Positions 44,740 through 56,582 of a stretch of 64,000 nucleotides of DNA are shown one piece after another. Each line of letters starts with the position of its first letter. Positions within the stretch are counted from its first letter, which is position 1. The position numbers were made by a program, and so were the translations under genes. The notes under the pieces are model-generated. The model had not been told where the DNA came from. It saw only the letters and a list, made by a program, of their open reading frames with translations, and searched no databases. The stretch comes from Escherichia coli (GTDB lineage: Bacteria; Pseudomonadota; Gammaproteobacteria; Enterobacterales; Enterobacteriaceae). The stretch is from NCBI RefSeq assembly GCF_050920415.1, contig NZ_CP169309.1; one strand, 5' to 3'.

Positions 44740-45624
44740 ATGGCGAAAAGGGAGAACTACAACGAGCTGTACCTGCTTATGCAGGTGGTGCGGGAAGGCA
44801 GCTTTACCGCAGCGGCTCAGCGGCTGGGTCTTGCTCAGTCAGGAGTCAGCCGTTCTGTTCGCGAGCTTGAAGAAAGGCTCGGCGTCCAGCTGCTAGTGCG
44901 CACCACGCGTAAACTGTCGCTGACGCAAGCAGGCGAGCAGCTCTACCAGAAGACGGCATCTGGATTTGAAATGTTAGATCTTGGGCTTGCCACACTGGCG
45001 CACTATCGAGAGACGCCCTCCGGCACGGTGCGTATCAATGCCAGCCAGCACGCGATTGATAAATGCCTGCTGCCAAAGCTGGCGGTATTTAAACAGCGAT
45101 ATCCTGATATCCGGCTTGAACTGATAAATGAGAGCCGGTTCGTCGATATCATCGAGGAAAGATTCGATGCTGGTGTCCGCCTGGGGCCTGAAGTCGGCCA
45201 GGGTATGGTCGCGGTACGCATCACGCCCGATATGGAGATGGCAATTGTGGGGACTCCGGAACATTTTCGTCGCTATGGTTTTCCGCAAACCCCGACTGAT
45301 TTAAAGGCACATCCCTGTATCGCCTATCAGTTTGCCGACGGCAGCGTATACCAGTGGGAACTCAATCAGGATGATAAAAAAATTACCCACCGGCCTGAAG
45401 GGCAATGGGCCCTATCCGACAGCTATATGGAAGCAGAAGCCGCACGGCTGGGCCTCGGATTGGCCTATGTTCCTGTTGAACTGGTTGCGGATGATTTAGA
45501 ACACGGTAAGCTTATCAGAGTGTTGCAGCGTTACAGCCTGCGAATGGAGGGATTGTTTCTCTATTACCCTCATCGCAACGTCTCCCCCGCTCTGCGGATG
45601 GTCATTGATACATTGAAAATCTGA
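44740..45624 (+). CDS. LysR-family transcriptional regulator (divergent from hydrolase-MFS pair)
   Basis: 294 aa, N-terminal LysR HTH (FTAAAQRLGLAQSGVSRSVRELE). Confidence 0.85.
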   Translation: MAKRENYNELYLLMQVVREGSFTAAAQRLGLAQSGVSRSVRELEERLGVQLLVRTTRKLSLTQAGEQLYQKTASGFEMLDLGLATLAHYRETPSGTVRINASQHAIDKCLLPKLAVFKQRYPDIRLELINESRFVDIIEERFDAGVRLGPEVGQGMVAVRITPDMEMAIVGTPEHFRRYGFPQTPTDLKAHPCIAYQFADGSVYQWELNQDDKKITHRPEGQWALSDSYMEAEAARLGLGLAYVPVELVADDLEHGKLIRVLQRYSLRMEGLFLYYPHRNVSPALRMVIDTLKI

Positions 45625-45848
45625 ACGTTAACAACGACCGACTCTTCACTGTGCAATATTGTGTCAGGTAGTCACTCTGCGTTCAATTCCAGGGGCCGCT
45701 TTGAGCGAGAAAGAGCGGACTTATCTGTACAAGGGGACTATCCAGCAATGGAGATCACCCATAAGAAAAAAGTACCAGGCTCCCTCGACAACCTTCATCC
45801 GGGAATTTAGCCTCAATCAACATTTTTATATCTGTCAGGTTACTTCAT

Positions 45849-46140
45849 TATGAAAACCGATCAATATCGTTGTTTTTGTTGCAATAGTAGAATACGCGTA
45901 TTTATTCCTCCATTTCTATTAATAACGGCCATAAACTGTTCACTTCACTGATATTTAAAATATGCATCCTTTTCCTGTTTTTCAAGTTGTTCAGCGGCGT
46001 AAGAAAAAGTATTAATTATGAATTCGACGATTTAACCATTTCTGTCTGATTGGTAATCATCCGTGATTAATGCTGGTCTATTGATTACGCCAGCATTAAC
46101 CGCTTAGGGATGTATTCTTCCTGATCATATACCTCCCTCG
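45849..46140 (+). repeat. Degenerate second copy of the ykgR 3' part/downstream region and of the ykgO 3' end/downstream hairpin (direct repeat of 26507..27500 with internal deletions)
   Basis: About 94 percent identity over about 106 nt between 45863..45970 and 26549..26656 by hand alignment; weaker match (about 70 percent) of 45985..46140 to 27351..27500. Confidence 0.7.
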
Positions 46141-46237
46141 AAAAGAGAGAAAATAAAACTGTGTCCAATATTACTCTACCACTCCAGACCGAAGCATCGG
46201 TAGAATTAGCAGAACGACTGGTACAATAGATTGGGAT

Positions 46238-46273
46238 AGCGTCATTTGTCAGGTATTCCATTGCCTGACAAAT
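46238..46273 (+). other. Strong stem-loop (13-bp stem) followed by AATTTTGAG; possible terminator or structured RNA
   Basis: GTCATTTGTCAGG-loop-CCTGACAAATGAC. Confidence 0.35.
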
Positions 46274-46333
46274 GACAATTTTGAGTCAATAGACGTGCTT
46301 CTTGATCATGTCTTAAAAATTATACCATGAGCC

Positions 46334-46564
46334 TTATGAAGCATCATTTTTACTGACTGGTGTTAACTTTGCTATCATATAAACTCTGTTCTTAAAAAAC
46401 GCGCCCAGAATTTTATATGATTTCCCTTGTTTTTCTGCCTGTAAAGAAATTTCTTTTTCAGTGCTGTTAATGGTTGAACCGACGGCAGTAATCGTTTTGG
46501 CGACGCTACTGAATGATAATAAAGACAGTGTAACCACAACAATTAAAGAACAGATAGTATTCAC
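46334..46564 (-). CDS. DUF1471 (YdgH/BhsA/McbA-family) small periplasmic protein, 76 aa
   Basis: GTG start at 46564 with AGGAGA RBS inferred; signal peptide; C-terminal region resembles BhsA-family. Confidence 0.6.
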   Translation of the reverse strand: MNTICSLIVVVTLSLLSFSSVAKTITAVGSTINSTEKEISLQAEKQGKSYKILGAFFKNRVYMIAKLTPVSKNDAS

Positions 46565-46775
46565 GTTAATTCTCCTGACAATTGAGAGGGTGAGTTTTAT
46601 ATACATAGGTATTAAACATGAGTCATATTTACTCCAAGAGAAAATACTCCTTCTGTAATTAAACCTTCATCTCCTTCGGGGTGAGAAATACATAATGCAT
46701 CTTACTATGAAAAACAGGTGGATATAAATTTTCCTCCCTACCTATTTAATAAAACGTGAATATAAAAGTTATTCT

Positions 46776-47498
46776 TCAGTTTGCAGATGCAGTAGGTCTG
46801 ATGGTAATTTCGGTTGTATCAACGCTTTCGGGAGATTCAATAATATGCCTTACAGCACGGGCAATATCCGCGGGTTGAAGTGCAACAGAACGGTAGGCGT
46901 CCATTGACTTCATGGTTTCCACATGGGTCATGGTTGAAGCCAGTTCACTTTCTACAACCCCAGGATTTACGCAGGTCACACGGATTTTCGAGCTTTCCTG
47001 CCGTAAGCCATCAGAAATAGCCCGTACTGCAAATTTTGATGCGCAATAGACTGCGCCTGTGGGCACAACAGAAAGGGCACCAATAGAACCAAGATTGATT
47101 ATCTGACCGGAACCCTGTGCGTCCATCACCGGAAGTACAGCGCCAATTCCCCAAAGTACGCCTTTGATATTCACGTCAATAGTGAGCTCCCATTCATTTT
47201 GTTTTCCTGCTGCAAGCGGTGAAAGCGGCATAACGCCCGCATTATTGATAAGAACATAAACTCGCCCCCAGCTATCCAGCGCTGCTTGCACGAAATCTGC
47301 CATGGACTGTCGGTCTGTGACATCCAACTCCCGCGCTTTAGCAATTCCTCCTGCGCGGCAGATTTCTTTTGCAATGGCTTCGATACGCTCAAGTCTGCGT
47401 GCTCCCAGTAAAACCTTTGCACCTGTCGTTCCCAGCTCTCTGGCAATACCTTCCCCAATACCACTTGATGCGCCGGTGATTAATATGACCTTATCCAT
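46776..47498 (-). CDS. Short-chain dehydrogenase/reductase (SDR)
   Basis: TGASSGIG cofactor motif, YxxxK catalytic motif; start at ATG 47498 after AAGGAG. Confidence 0.85.
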   Translation of the reverse strand: MDKVILITGASSGIGEGIARELGTTGAKVLLGARRLERIEAIAKEICRAGGIAKARELDVTDRQSMADFVQAALDSWGRVYVLINNAGVMPLSPLAAGKQNEWELTIDVNIKGVLWGIGAVLPVMDAQGSGQIINLGSIGALSVVPTGAVYCASKFAVRAISDGLRQESSKIRVTCVNPGVVESELASTMTHVETMKSMDAYRSVALQPADIARAVRHIIESPESVDTTEITIRPTASAN

Positions 47499-47596
47499 TA
47501 CGTTCTCCTTCAAATGTGTTCGGAGAGATAATAGAACTTTATGATTGGTTCCAGTATCCTGCTTTCAATGTACTCAATGGTTAGCGGCATTAAACA

Positions 47597-48496
47597 ATGA
47601 AAATCGATCTTAATCTTTTACCCATTTTTATCGCGGTAGCAGAAGAGAGTAATTTCAGTAAAGCCGCCGCACGACTGGGCGTTACCCGTTCAGCGGTCAG
47701 TCAGGGAATAAGACGTCTTGAAGATGCATTCGGGACAATGCTTGTAATGCGGACCACGCGCTCAGTTAATTTGACGGAAGCGGGAGAACGGCTGCATAAA
47801 TCGTTGTCATTACCTTTATCCGGTATTGAGGCAGCGTTCGAAGAGATGGTCTCTGACCATGTACCACGTGGACATCTCAGAATCGCGGTGACGTCGATAG
47901 CAGAAGAATTTCTTTCAGGTCCGCTAATCGCTTCGTTTGCAGCTGCCAATCCAGCCGTTACGCTTGATATTGTTGTCACGGATGAGGAATTCGATATCGT
48001 TACCGCAGGTTACGATGCTGGCGTAAGGCTCGGAGAGGTCATTGAAAAAGACATGATTGCTGTTCCCCTTACCGGTAAGCAGCGTGAAATGGTCGTTGCC
48101 TCTCCCTCCTATCTCGCAGCCAACAGCACACCTGTTCATCCGCGCGAACTTGTGAATCATAAGTGTATCGGCTGGCGTCAGTCCCCGGAGGTTGCGCCTT
48201 ATCGCTGGCCATTTGAAGAAAACGGTAGAGCTTTCGACCTTGCGATTGAACCGCAGATTACGACGAATGATCTGCGTCTGATGTTGAGGCTGGCTCTTGC
48301 CGGCGGAGGAATAACAATTGCCACTCAGGAAACGTTCAGGCCATATATTGAAAGCGGTAAGCTTGTATCGCTGCTTGATGACTTTCTTCCACAATTTCCG
48401 GGCTTCTATCTGTATTTCCCACAGCGTCGCAATATTGCACCAAAGCTCCGCGCCCTGATTGACCACGTCAAGGAATGGCGGCAGCAATTGGCTTAA
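47597..48496 (+). CDS. LysR-family transcriptional regulator (divergent from SDR gene)
   Basis: 299 aa, N-terminal LysR HTH. Confidence 0.85.
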   Translation: MKIDLNLLPIFIAVAEESNFSKAAARLGVTRSAVSQGIRRLEDAFGTMLVMRTTRSVNLTEAGERLHKSLSLPLSGIEAAFEEMVSDHVPRGHLRIAVTSIAEEFLSGPLIASFAAANPAVTLDIVVTDEEFDIVTAGYDAGVRLGEVIEKDMIAVPLTGKQREMVVASPSYLAANSTPVHPRELVNHKCIGWRQSPEVAPYRWPFEENGRAFDLAIEPQITTNDLRLMLRLALAGGGITIATQETFRPYIESGKLVSLLDDFLPQFPGFYLYFPQRRNIAPKLRALIDHVKEWRQQLA

Positions 48497-48623
48497 ATGT
48501 CTGCACCTGCACTGCCTGATGTCAGAACAGTATTTTGAGAAATTGCCAGGGTTACAATGGCACAAATATGGCACAGGAGGAAAACGTGGTGTAATTGAAT
48601 ATGAGGTAACTACTTGATTTAAA

Positions 48624-48699
48624 TGGTGCCGATAATAGGAGTCGAACCTACGACCTTCGCATTACGAATGCGCTGCTCTACCAACTGAGCTATATCGGC
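48624..48699 (-). tRNA. thrW: tRNA-Thr (anticodon CGU)
   Basis: 76-nt sequence with acceptor stem GCCGATA.../...TATCGGCACCA, anticodon loop ATTCGTAAT, T-arm GGTTCGACTCC; read from reverse complement. Confidence 0.9.
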
Positions 48700-48813
48700 C
48701 CTGAAAGGACATGTTCACGAGCGTGAATCACGGTGGACAAGGTTAAAACTAACCGGGCGATGCGTCAATGGCCTTGTGAATCAAATGGCTACTTTTGCAT
48801 CACCCGGTTTTAT

Positions 48814-50067
48814 TTATGCACGAATGGTGTAATCACCAATGCCGATCCACTTGTAGGTGGTCAGAGCTTCCAGCCCCATTGGGCCGCGCGCGTGGAGTTT
48901 TTGTGTGCTTACCGCAACTTCCGCCCCCAGACCAAACTGGCCGCCGTCGGTAAAACGCGTAGAGGCGTTAACGTAAACAGCGGAGGAATCCACTTCGTTG
49001 ACAAAACGCTGGGCATTACGCATATCGCGGGTCAGGATCGCATCGGAGTGTTGCGTACCGTGTTCACGAATATGGGCGATGGCATCGTCAAGATCGCTGA
49101 CGATTTTGACGTTCAAGTCTAATGACAGGAACTCATCGTCATACTCTTCGGCTTTAACAGCCACCACCTTCGCGGGACCTGCCTGCAACTGCGCCAGCGC
49201 AGTTGCGTCAGCGTGTAATGTCACGCCGCTTTCCGCCATTTGCTTGCTTAATGCGGGCAGGAAGCTATCTGCGATGTTTTTATTTACCAGCAACGTTTCT
49301 ACCGTATTACACGTGCTCGGGCGCTGAGTTTTCGCGTTGACAATCACTTTCAATGCTTCAGCGATCTCTGCACTTTCATCAACGTAAATATGGCATACGC
49401 CTATACCACCTGTGATTACCGGAATCGTCGACTGCTCGCGGCACAGTTTATGCAAACCAGCCCCGCCGCGTGGGATCAGCATGTCGATGTATTTATCCAT
49501 ACGCAGCATTTCACTGACCAGTGCACGGTCAGGATTATCAATCGCCTGCACGGCACCCGCCGGTAATCCGCAGGAATTCAGAGCATCCTGAATCACCGCT
49601 ACCGTTGCAGCATTAGTGCGGCAGGTTTCTTTACCGCCACGCAGAATCACCGCGTTACCGGTTTTCAGGCACAGTGAAGCAACATCAACCGTCACGTTCG
49701 GGCGCGCTTCATAAATCACGCCAATCACCCCCAGCGGCACGCGACGGCGTTCCAGGCGCAGGCCACTGTCCAGCACGCCACCATCAATCACCTGCCCCAC
49801 TGGATCGGCGAGGTTACACACCTGGCGCACATCATCGGCAATGCTTTTCAGCCGTGCGGGCGTCAGTGCCAGGCGGTCAAGCATCGCGTCACTAAGACCA
49901 TTGGCACGCGCGTCAGCAACATCCTGGGCGTTAGCATTGAGGATGCTTTCGCTTTGTGCTTCCAGTTCATCGGCGATTTTTTCCAGCACGCGATTTTTTT
50001 CGCGGCTGGAGAGTTGCGCTAATTTATACGAGGCTTGCTTCGCGGCAATGCCCATTTTTTCCAGCAT
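48814..50067 (-). CDS. proA: Gamma-glutamyl phosphate reductase
   Basis: 417 aa. Confidence 0.95.
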   Translation of the reverse strand: MLEKMGIAAKQASYKLAQLSSREKNRVLEKIADELEAQSESILNANAQDVADARANGLSDAMLDRLALTPARLKSIADDVRQVCNLADPVGQVIDGGVLDSGLRLERRRVPLGVIGVIYEARPNVTVDVASLCLKTGNAVILRGGKETCRTNAATVAVIQDALNSCGLPAGAVQAIDNPDRALVSEMLRMDKYIDMLIPRGGAGLHKLCREQSTIPVITGGIGVCHIYVDESAEIAEALKVIVNAKTQRPSTCNTVETLLVNKNIADSFLPALSKQMAESGVTLHADATALAQLQAGPAKVVAVKAEEYDDEFLSLDLNVKIVSDLDDAIAHIREHGTQHSDAILTRDMRNAQRFVNEVDSSAVYVNASTRFTDGGQFGLGAEVAVSTQKLHARGPMGLEALTTYKWIGIGDYTIRA

Positions 50068-50078
50068 CGGCCTGCTCC

Positions 50079-51182
50079 TTAACGGGTAATCATGTCATCA
50101 CGGTGAACGGCAACCGGGCCGTATTCATATCCCAGTATTGCATCAATTTCTTGCGAGTGGTGTCCGGCAATACGGCGTAATGCATCGCTGTTGTAACGAC
50201 TGACGCCGTGGGCGATATCGCGACCTTCGAGGTTGCAAATGCGAATGACTTCACCACGCGAGAAGTTGCCGGTTACGCTTTTAATGCCTTTCGGCAACAG
50301 GGAGCTGCCGCGTTCAAGAATGGCGGCGGTTGCCCCTTCATCTACCGTGATTTCACCCGCAGGTGGCGCACCAAAAATCCAGCGTTTACGGTTTTCAAGC
50401 GGAGTTGCCTGGGCATGGAACAGCGTACCGACGGAAATGCCTTCCATCACATCACCAATGACGCCCGGCTTGCTGCCCGCGGCAATAATGGTGTCGATAC
50501 CCGCGCGGCAAGCCACGTCAGCGGCCTGCAATTTGGTGCTCATGCCGCCGGTTCCAAGACCTGAAACGCTGTCACCGGCAATCGCGCGCAGAGCGTCATC
50601 AATGCCGTACACATCTTTAATCAGTTCTGCCTGCGGATTGCTACGCGGGTCAGCGGTATACAAACCTTTTTGATCGGTCAGCAACAACAGTTTATCGGCA
50701 CCGGCCAGAATCGCCGCCAGTGCCGAAAGGTTATCGTTATCGCCGACTTTAATCTCTGCAGTAGCGACAGCATCGTTCTCATTGATTACCGGAACGATGT
50801 TGTTATCGAGCAGTGCACGCAAGGTGTCGCGGGCGTTCAGGAAGCGTTCACGGTCTTCCATATCAGCACGAGTTAGCAGCATCTGCCCGACGTGAATACC
50901 ATAAATCGAAAACAGCTGTTCCCACAGTTGAATCAGTCGACTCTGCCCTACCGCCGCCAGAAGTTGTTTCGAGGCGATAGTCGCTGGCAGTTCCGGGTAA
51001 CCCAGGTGCTCACGTCCGGCGGCAATCGCCCCCGACGTCACAATTACAATCCGATGCCCGGCGGCATGTAGCTGCGCGCACTGGCGAACAAGTTCAACGA
51101 TATGGGCACGGTTCAGGCGGCGCGATCCGCCTGTTAGCACACTGGTGCCGAGTTTTACCACCAGCGTCTGGCTGTCACTCAT
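50079..51182 (-). CDS. proB: Glutamate 5-kinase
   Basis: Start at [12 protein letters not shown], 367 aa, C-terminal PUA domain. Confidence 0.95.
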
Positions 51183-51370
51183 GATTCTCTGCCATTCAAT
51201 TTTAGGGAAAATGATATCAAACGAACGTTTTAGCAGGACTGTCGCCGGTTGCCAACCATCTGCAAGCAAAGCATGGCGTTTTGTTGCGCGGGATCAGCAA
51301 GCGTAGCGGCAGTTGTTTACGCTTTTATTACAGATTTAATAAATTACCACATTTTAAGAATATCATTAAT

Positions 51371-51390
51371 CTGTAATATATCTTTAACAA
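51371..51390 (+). promoter_or_regulatory. Pho box (PhoB binding site) in phoE promoter
   Basis: CTGTAATATATCTTTAACAA about 80-100 nt upstream of phoE ATG. Confidence 0.65.
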
Positions 51391-51469
51391 TCTCAGGTTA
51401 AAAACTTTCCTGTTTTCAACGGGACACTCCCGCTGAATATTCGCGCGTTAATTAAAATCAGGAATGAAA

Positions 51470-52525
51470 ATGAAAAAGAGCACTCTGGCATTAGTGGTGA
51501 TGGGCATTGTGGCATCGGCATCCGTACAGGCCGCAGAAATATATAACAAAGACGGTAATAAACTGGATATCTATGGCAAAGTTAAAGCCATGCATTATAT
51601 GAGTGATAATGACAGTAAAGATGGCGACCAAAGTTATATCCGTTTTGGTTTTAAAGGCGAAACACAAATTAACGATCAACTGACCGGTTATGGTCGCTGG
51701 GAAGCCGAGTTTGCCGGAAATAAAGCAGAGAGTGATACTGCTCAGCAAAAAACGCGTCTTGCCTTTGCCGGGTTGAAATATAAAGATTTGGGTTCTTTCG
51801 ACTATGGTCGTAACCTGGGGGCGCTGTATGACGTGGAAGCATGGACCGATATGTTCCCGGAATTCGGCGGCGATTCCTCCGCGCAGACCGACAACTTTAT
51901 GACCAAACGCGCCAGCGGACTGGCAACGTATCGGAACACCGACTTCTTCGGCGTTATCGATGGTCTGAACTTAACCCTGCAATATCAAGGAAAAAACGAA
52001 AACCGCGACGTTAAAAAGCAAAACGGTGATGGCTTCGGCACGTCATTGACATATGACTTTGGCGGCAGCGATTTCGCCATTAGTGGGGCCTATACCAACT
52101 CCGATCGCACCAACGAGCAGAACCTGCAAAGCCGTGGCACGGGCAAGCGTGCAGAAGCATGGGCAACAGGCCTGAAATACGATGCCAATAATATTTACCT
52201 GGCAACTTTCTATTCTGAAACGCGTAAAATGACGCCAATCTCTGGCGGCTTTGCCAATAAGACGCAGAACTTTGAAGCAGTCGCTCAATACCAATTCGAC
52301 TTTGGCCTGCGTCCATCGCTGGGTTATGTCTTATCGAAAGGGAAAGATATTGAGGGCATCGGTGATGAGGATCTGGTCAATTATATTGATGTCGGTGCTA
52401 CATATTATTTCAACAAAAATATGTCAGCGTTTGTTGATTATAAAATCAACCAACTGGACAGCGATAACAAATTAAATATTAATAATGATGATATTGTCGC
52501 GGTTGGGATGACCTATCAGTTTTAA
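51470..52525 (+). CDS. phoE: Phosphate-starvation outer membrane porin
   Basis: 351 aa, signal peptide [22 protein letters not shown]-terminal ...TYQF. Confidence 0.95.
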   Translation: MKKSTLALVVMGIVASASVQAAEIYNKDGNKLDIYGKVKAMHYMSDNDSKDGDQSYIRFGFKGETQINDQLTGYGRWEAEFAGNKAESDTAQQKTRLAFAGLKYKDLGSFDYGRNLGALYDVEAWTDMFPEFGGDSSAQTDNFMTKRASGLATYRNTDFFGVIDGLNLTLQYQGKNENRDVKKQNGDGFGTSLTYDFGGSDFAISGAYTNSDRTNEQNLQSRGTGKRAEAWATGLKYDANNIYLATFYSETRKMTPISGGFANKTQNFEAVAQYQFDFGLRPSLGYVLSKGKDIEGIGDEDLVNYIDVGATYYFNKNMSAFVDYKINQLDSDNKLNINNDDIVAVGMTYQF

Positions 52526-52533
52526 TGGAGATT

Positions 52534-52560
52534 GCCGGATGCGGCGCATCCGGCACTTTT
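52534..52560. terminator. Bidirectional REP-like terminator between convergent phoE and crl
   Basis: GCCGGATGC-GGC-GCATCCGGC then ACTTTT. Confidence 0.65.
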
Positions 52561-52563
52561 CAC

Positions 52564-53022
<459 letters not shown>

Positions 53023-54267
53023 TTAACACAATCGTTTTTCGATCCAGCTCGTGATTTCCTGAAGACCTTTGTCAAAATTCCGATACACCGGATTAAATGG
53101 AATCTCTAACAATTTACCATCAGCAGATGATGAGGTGATTAAGCGTGAGTCCTCTTCCGGGCTGAACGGATCGTTCTTCCAGTAGCCTGATAACATTGGC
53201 GTTGGGCAGCGACGGCCCAGCAATCCTTGCACTTTTAATGAATAACGATTCAGTTCCACACGCAACGCTTCATCGGAAGCATCATGCATCCCCAAACGAC
53301 TCGCCAGAACGTCAAGATACATTTCCGGCACCTGTTGCTGGCACTTAAAATCACTCAACAGGGTATGAACTACTGGACCAAGACAAGCAACCGCTTTCAG
53401 ACGCGGCGATTCAAGATATGCCAGACGCACAGCAACGTTAGCGCCAAAACGGAAACCAAAGGCCGCGACACGGGTGTGATCCACCCACGGGACGTTAGGC
53501 AGCGCCTTTAAGACGTGCTGATGCAACAGGCTGGAGTCCTGAGTGAGCTTCCATTTTGAAGAAAAGCCCACCGACGGCATATCAATAGTCAGCATCGCAA
53601 TGCCGCGCGGGGCAAAATAACGTTCATACAGACTGTAATAATCCGTCTGCATCGCATCCAGACCACCACACATTAATACCGTCGGGAACGGGCCATCGCC
53701 TTTCGGCATATGCAAAAAGCCGGTGATGGGCGCACCGCCTGGTACGGTAAACTCCATCTGCCGCATCGTGCCCGGCAGACGTTGGGCGGCCTCTTCATAG
53801 GCACGGTTTGACAAAGCCTGCGCTTGCTCGGCCAGGTCATCCCCTTTCAGATGAGGATAGGCGGCAATGTTGTACAACGTGGCCGCATGCAGCCAGTGAC
53901 GACCACTGAGTTGTGGATCTTCTTCCGCACAAGCTTTTTGTTGCCACACCATCGCCTGGGTGGCCCATTCATAAATCCAGTTGCCGCCGCGGTAGCCAAT
54001 CACCGTATCGTATAAATCATCGTCGGTACGTTCAGCATCGCTCATCACAATACGCGCCTGAACGTCGAGGATTTCACGTGGGTCAATGCCGCGCCAGATC
54101 CACATCAGACGGTTTATCATGCGATACCAGTGGGGGATGGTTTTACCATCAAGGGCCGACTGCACAGGCGGTTGTGCGCCGTGATTAAAGCGGCGGACTA
54201 GCGTCGAGGTTTCAGGATGTTTAAAGCGGGGTTTGAACAGGGTTTCGCTCAGGTTTGCCTGTGTCAT
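53023..54267 (-). CDS. frsA: Fermentation/respiration switch protein (alpha/beta hydrolase)
   Basis: 414 aa. Confidence 0.9.
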   Translation of the reverse strand: MTQANLSETLFKPRFKHPETSTLVRRFNHGAQPPVQSALDGKTIPHWYRMINRLMWIWRGIDPREILDVQARIVMSDAERTDDDLYDTVIGYRGGNWIYEWATQAMVWQQKACAEEDPQLSGRHWLHAATLYNIAAYPHLKGDDLAEQAQALSNRAYEEAAQRLPGTMRQMEFTVPGGAPITGFLHMPKGDGPFPTVLMCGGLDAMQTDYYSLYERYFAPRGIAMLTIDMPSVGFSSKWKLTQDSSLLHQHVLKALPNVPWVDHTRVAAFGFRFGANVAVRLAYLESPRLKAVACLGPVVHTLLSDFKCQQQVPEMYLDVLASRLGMHDASDEALRVELNRYSLKVQGLLGRRCPTPMLSGYWKNDPFSPEEDSRLITSSSADGKLLEIPFNPVYRNFDKGLQEITSWIEKRLC

Positions 54268-54358
54268 GGATGCAGCCTCCAGAATACTTACTGGAAACTA
54301 TTGTAACCTGCCTGAAGTTAAAAAGAACAACGCCCGGCAGTGCCAGGCGTTGAAAAGA

Positions 54359-54817
54359 TTAGCGACCGGAGATTGGCGGGACGAATACGACGCCCATATC
54401 CCACGGTTGTTCAATCCAGGTATCTTGTGGGATATCAACAACATAATCATCAACCAGCGGACGACCTGCCGGTTTAGCGAAGATGGTGACAAAGTGCGCT
54501 TTTGGATACATTTCACGAATCGCAACCGCAGTACCGCCGGTATCCACCAGATCATCAATAACGATGAAGCCTTCGCCATCGCCTTCTGCGCGTTTCAGCA
54601 CTTTAAGCTCGCGCTGGTTGTCGTGATCGTAGCTGGAAATACAAACGGTATCGACATGACGAATACCCAGTTCACGCGCCAGTAACGCACCCGGTACCAG
54701 ACCGCCACGGCTTACGGCAATAATGCCTTTCCATTGTTCAGAAGGCATCAGTCGGCTTGCGAGTTTACGTGCATGGATCTGCAACATGTCCCAGGTGACG
54801 ATGTATTTTTCGCTCAT
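54359..54817 (-). CDS. gpt: Xanthine-guanine phosphoribosyltransferase
   Basis: 152 aa, PRPP-binding motif [11 protein letters not shown]. Confidence 0.95.
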
Positions 54818-55077
54818 GTGAAGTGTCCCAGCCTGTTTATCTACGGCTTAAAAAGTGTTCGAGGGGAAAATAGGTTGCGCGAGATTATAGAGATCTGACG
54901 CACTAAAAACCAGTATTTCACATGAGTCCGCGTCTTTTTACGCACAGCCTCTCCCTGACGCGGGATAAAGTGGTATTCTCAAACATATCTCGCAAGCCTG
55001 TCTTGTGTTGACAACATTTTCTGCTAACCCTGTGACCTGCAATACTGTTTTGCGGGTGATCGACAAGGAGACTTAAC

Positions 55078-56535
55078 GTGTCTGAACTGTCTCAATTATC
55101 TCCACAGCCGCTGTGGGATATTTTTGCCAAAATCTGTTCTATTCCTCACCCGTCCTATCATGAAGAGCAACTCGCTGAATACATTGTTGGTTGGGCAAAA
55201 GAGAAAGGTTTCCATGTCGAACGCGATCAGGTGGGTAATATCCTGATTCGTAAACCTGCTACCGCAGGTATGGAAAATCGTAAACCAGTCGTCTTGCAGG
55301 CCCACCTCGATATGGTGCCGCAGAAAAATAACGATACCGTGCACGATTTCACTAAAGATCCTATCCAGCCTTATATTGATGGCGAATGGGTTAAAGCGCG
55401 CGGTACCACGCTGGGCGCGGATAACGGCATTGGTATGGCCTCTGCACTGGCGGTTCTGGCTGACGAAAACGTGGTTCACGGCCCGCTGGAAGTGCTGCTA
55501 ACCATGACCGAAGAAGCCGGTATGGACGGGGCGTTCGGCTTACAGAGCAACTGGTTGCAGGCTGACATTCTGATTAACACCGACTCCGAAGAAGAAGGTG
55601 AAATCTACATGGGTTGTGCTGGGGGGATCGACTTCACCTCCAACCTGCATTTAGATCGTGAAGCCGTTCCGGCTGGTTTTGAAACCTTCAAATTAACCTT
55701 AAAAGGTCTGAAAGGCGGTCACTCCGGCGGTGAAATCCACGTTGGCCTGGGTAACGCGAACAAACTGCTGGTGCGCTTCCTGGCGGGACATGCAGAAGAA
55801 CTGGACCTGCGTCTTATCGATTTCAACGGCGGCACACTGCGTAACGCCATCCCGCGTGAAGCCTTTGCGACCATTGCTGTCGCAGCTGATAAAGTCGACG
55901 CGCTGAAAACGCTGGTGAATACCTATCAGGACATCCTGAAAAACGAGCTGGCAGAGAAAGAGAAAAATCTGGCCTTGTTGCTGGACTCTGTTGCGAACGA
56001 TAAAGCTGCCCTGATTGCGAAATCTCGCGATACCTTTATTCGTCTGTTGAACGCCACCCCTAACGGTGTGATCCGCAACTCCGACGTAGCAAAAGGCGTG
56101 GTTGAAACCTCACTGAACGTCGGTGTCGTGACCATGACCGACAACAACGTAGAAATTCACTGCCTGATCCGTTCTCTGATCGACAGCGGTAAAGACTACG
56201 TGGTGAGCATGCTGGATTCGCTGGGTAAACTGGCAGGCGCGAAAACAGAAGCGAAAGGCGCATATCCTGGCTGGCAGCCGGACGCTAACTCCCCGGTGAT
56301 GCATCTGGTACGCGAAACCTATCAGCGTCTGTTCAACAAGACGCCGAACATCCAGATTATCCACGCGGGTCTGGAATGTGGTCTGTTTAAAAAGCCGTAT
56401 CCGGAAATGGACATGGTTTCTATCGGGCCAACCATTACCGGTCCACACTCTCCGGATGAGCAAGTTCACATCGAAAGCGTAGGCCATTACTGGACACTGC
56501 TGACTGAACTGCTGAAAGAAATTCCGGCGAAGTAA
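55078..56535 (+). CDS. pepD: Cytosol non-specific dipeptidase (aminoacyl-histidine dipeptidase), M20 family
   Basis: 485 aa, GTG start. Confidence 0.9.
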   Translation: MSELSQLSPQPLWDIFAKICSIPHPSYHEEQLAEYIVGWAKEKGFHVERDQVGNILIRKPATAGMENRKPVVLQAHLDMVPQKNNDTVHDFTKDPIQPYIDGEWVKARGTTLGADNGIGMASALAVLADENVVHGPLEVLLTMTEEAGMDGAFGLQSNWLQADILINTDSEEEGEIYMGCAGGIDFTSNLHLDREAVPAGFETFKLTLKGLKGGHSGGEIHVGLGNANKLLVRFLAGHAEELDLRLIDFNGGTLRNAIPREAFATIAVAADKVDALKTLVNTYQDILKNELAEKEKNLALLLDSVANDKAALIAKSRDTFIRLLNATPNGVIRNSDVAKGVVETSLNVGVVTMTDNNVEIHCLIRSLIDSGKDYVVSMLDSLGKLAGAKTEAKGAYPGWQPDANSPVMHLVRETYQRLFNKTPNIQIIHAGLECGLFKKPYPEMDMVSIGPTITGPHSPDEQVHIESVGHYWTLLTELLKEIPAK

Positions 56536-56545
56536 TTACAATAAT

Positions 56546-56576
56546 GTCCACGCCTGCGGGCGTGGACTACTGTTTG
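56546..56576 (+). terminator. Intrinsic terminator after pepD
   Basis: GTCCACGCC-TGCG-GGCGTGGAC then TACTGTTTG. Confidence 0.65.
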
Positions 56577-56582
56577 AAGCCA

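Noticed and set aside
42030..48623. Prophage or integrative element at thrW
   Set aside because: No integrase, excisionase, phage structural genes or duplicated tRNA 3' end seen; the content is regulators and metabolic enzymes
56544..56582. Listed start of the 93-aa ORF immediately after pepD
   Set aside because: The first 39 nt lie inside the pepD terminator hairpin (56546..56576), so this start is implausible; only the internal ATG at 56583 was kept, at low confidence
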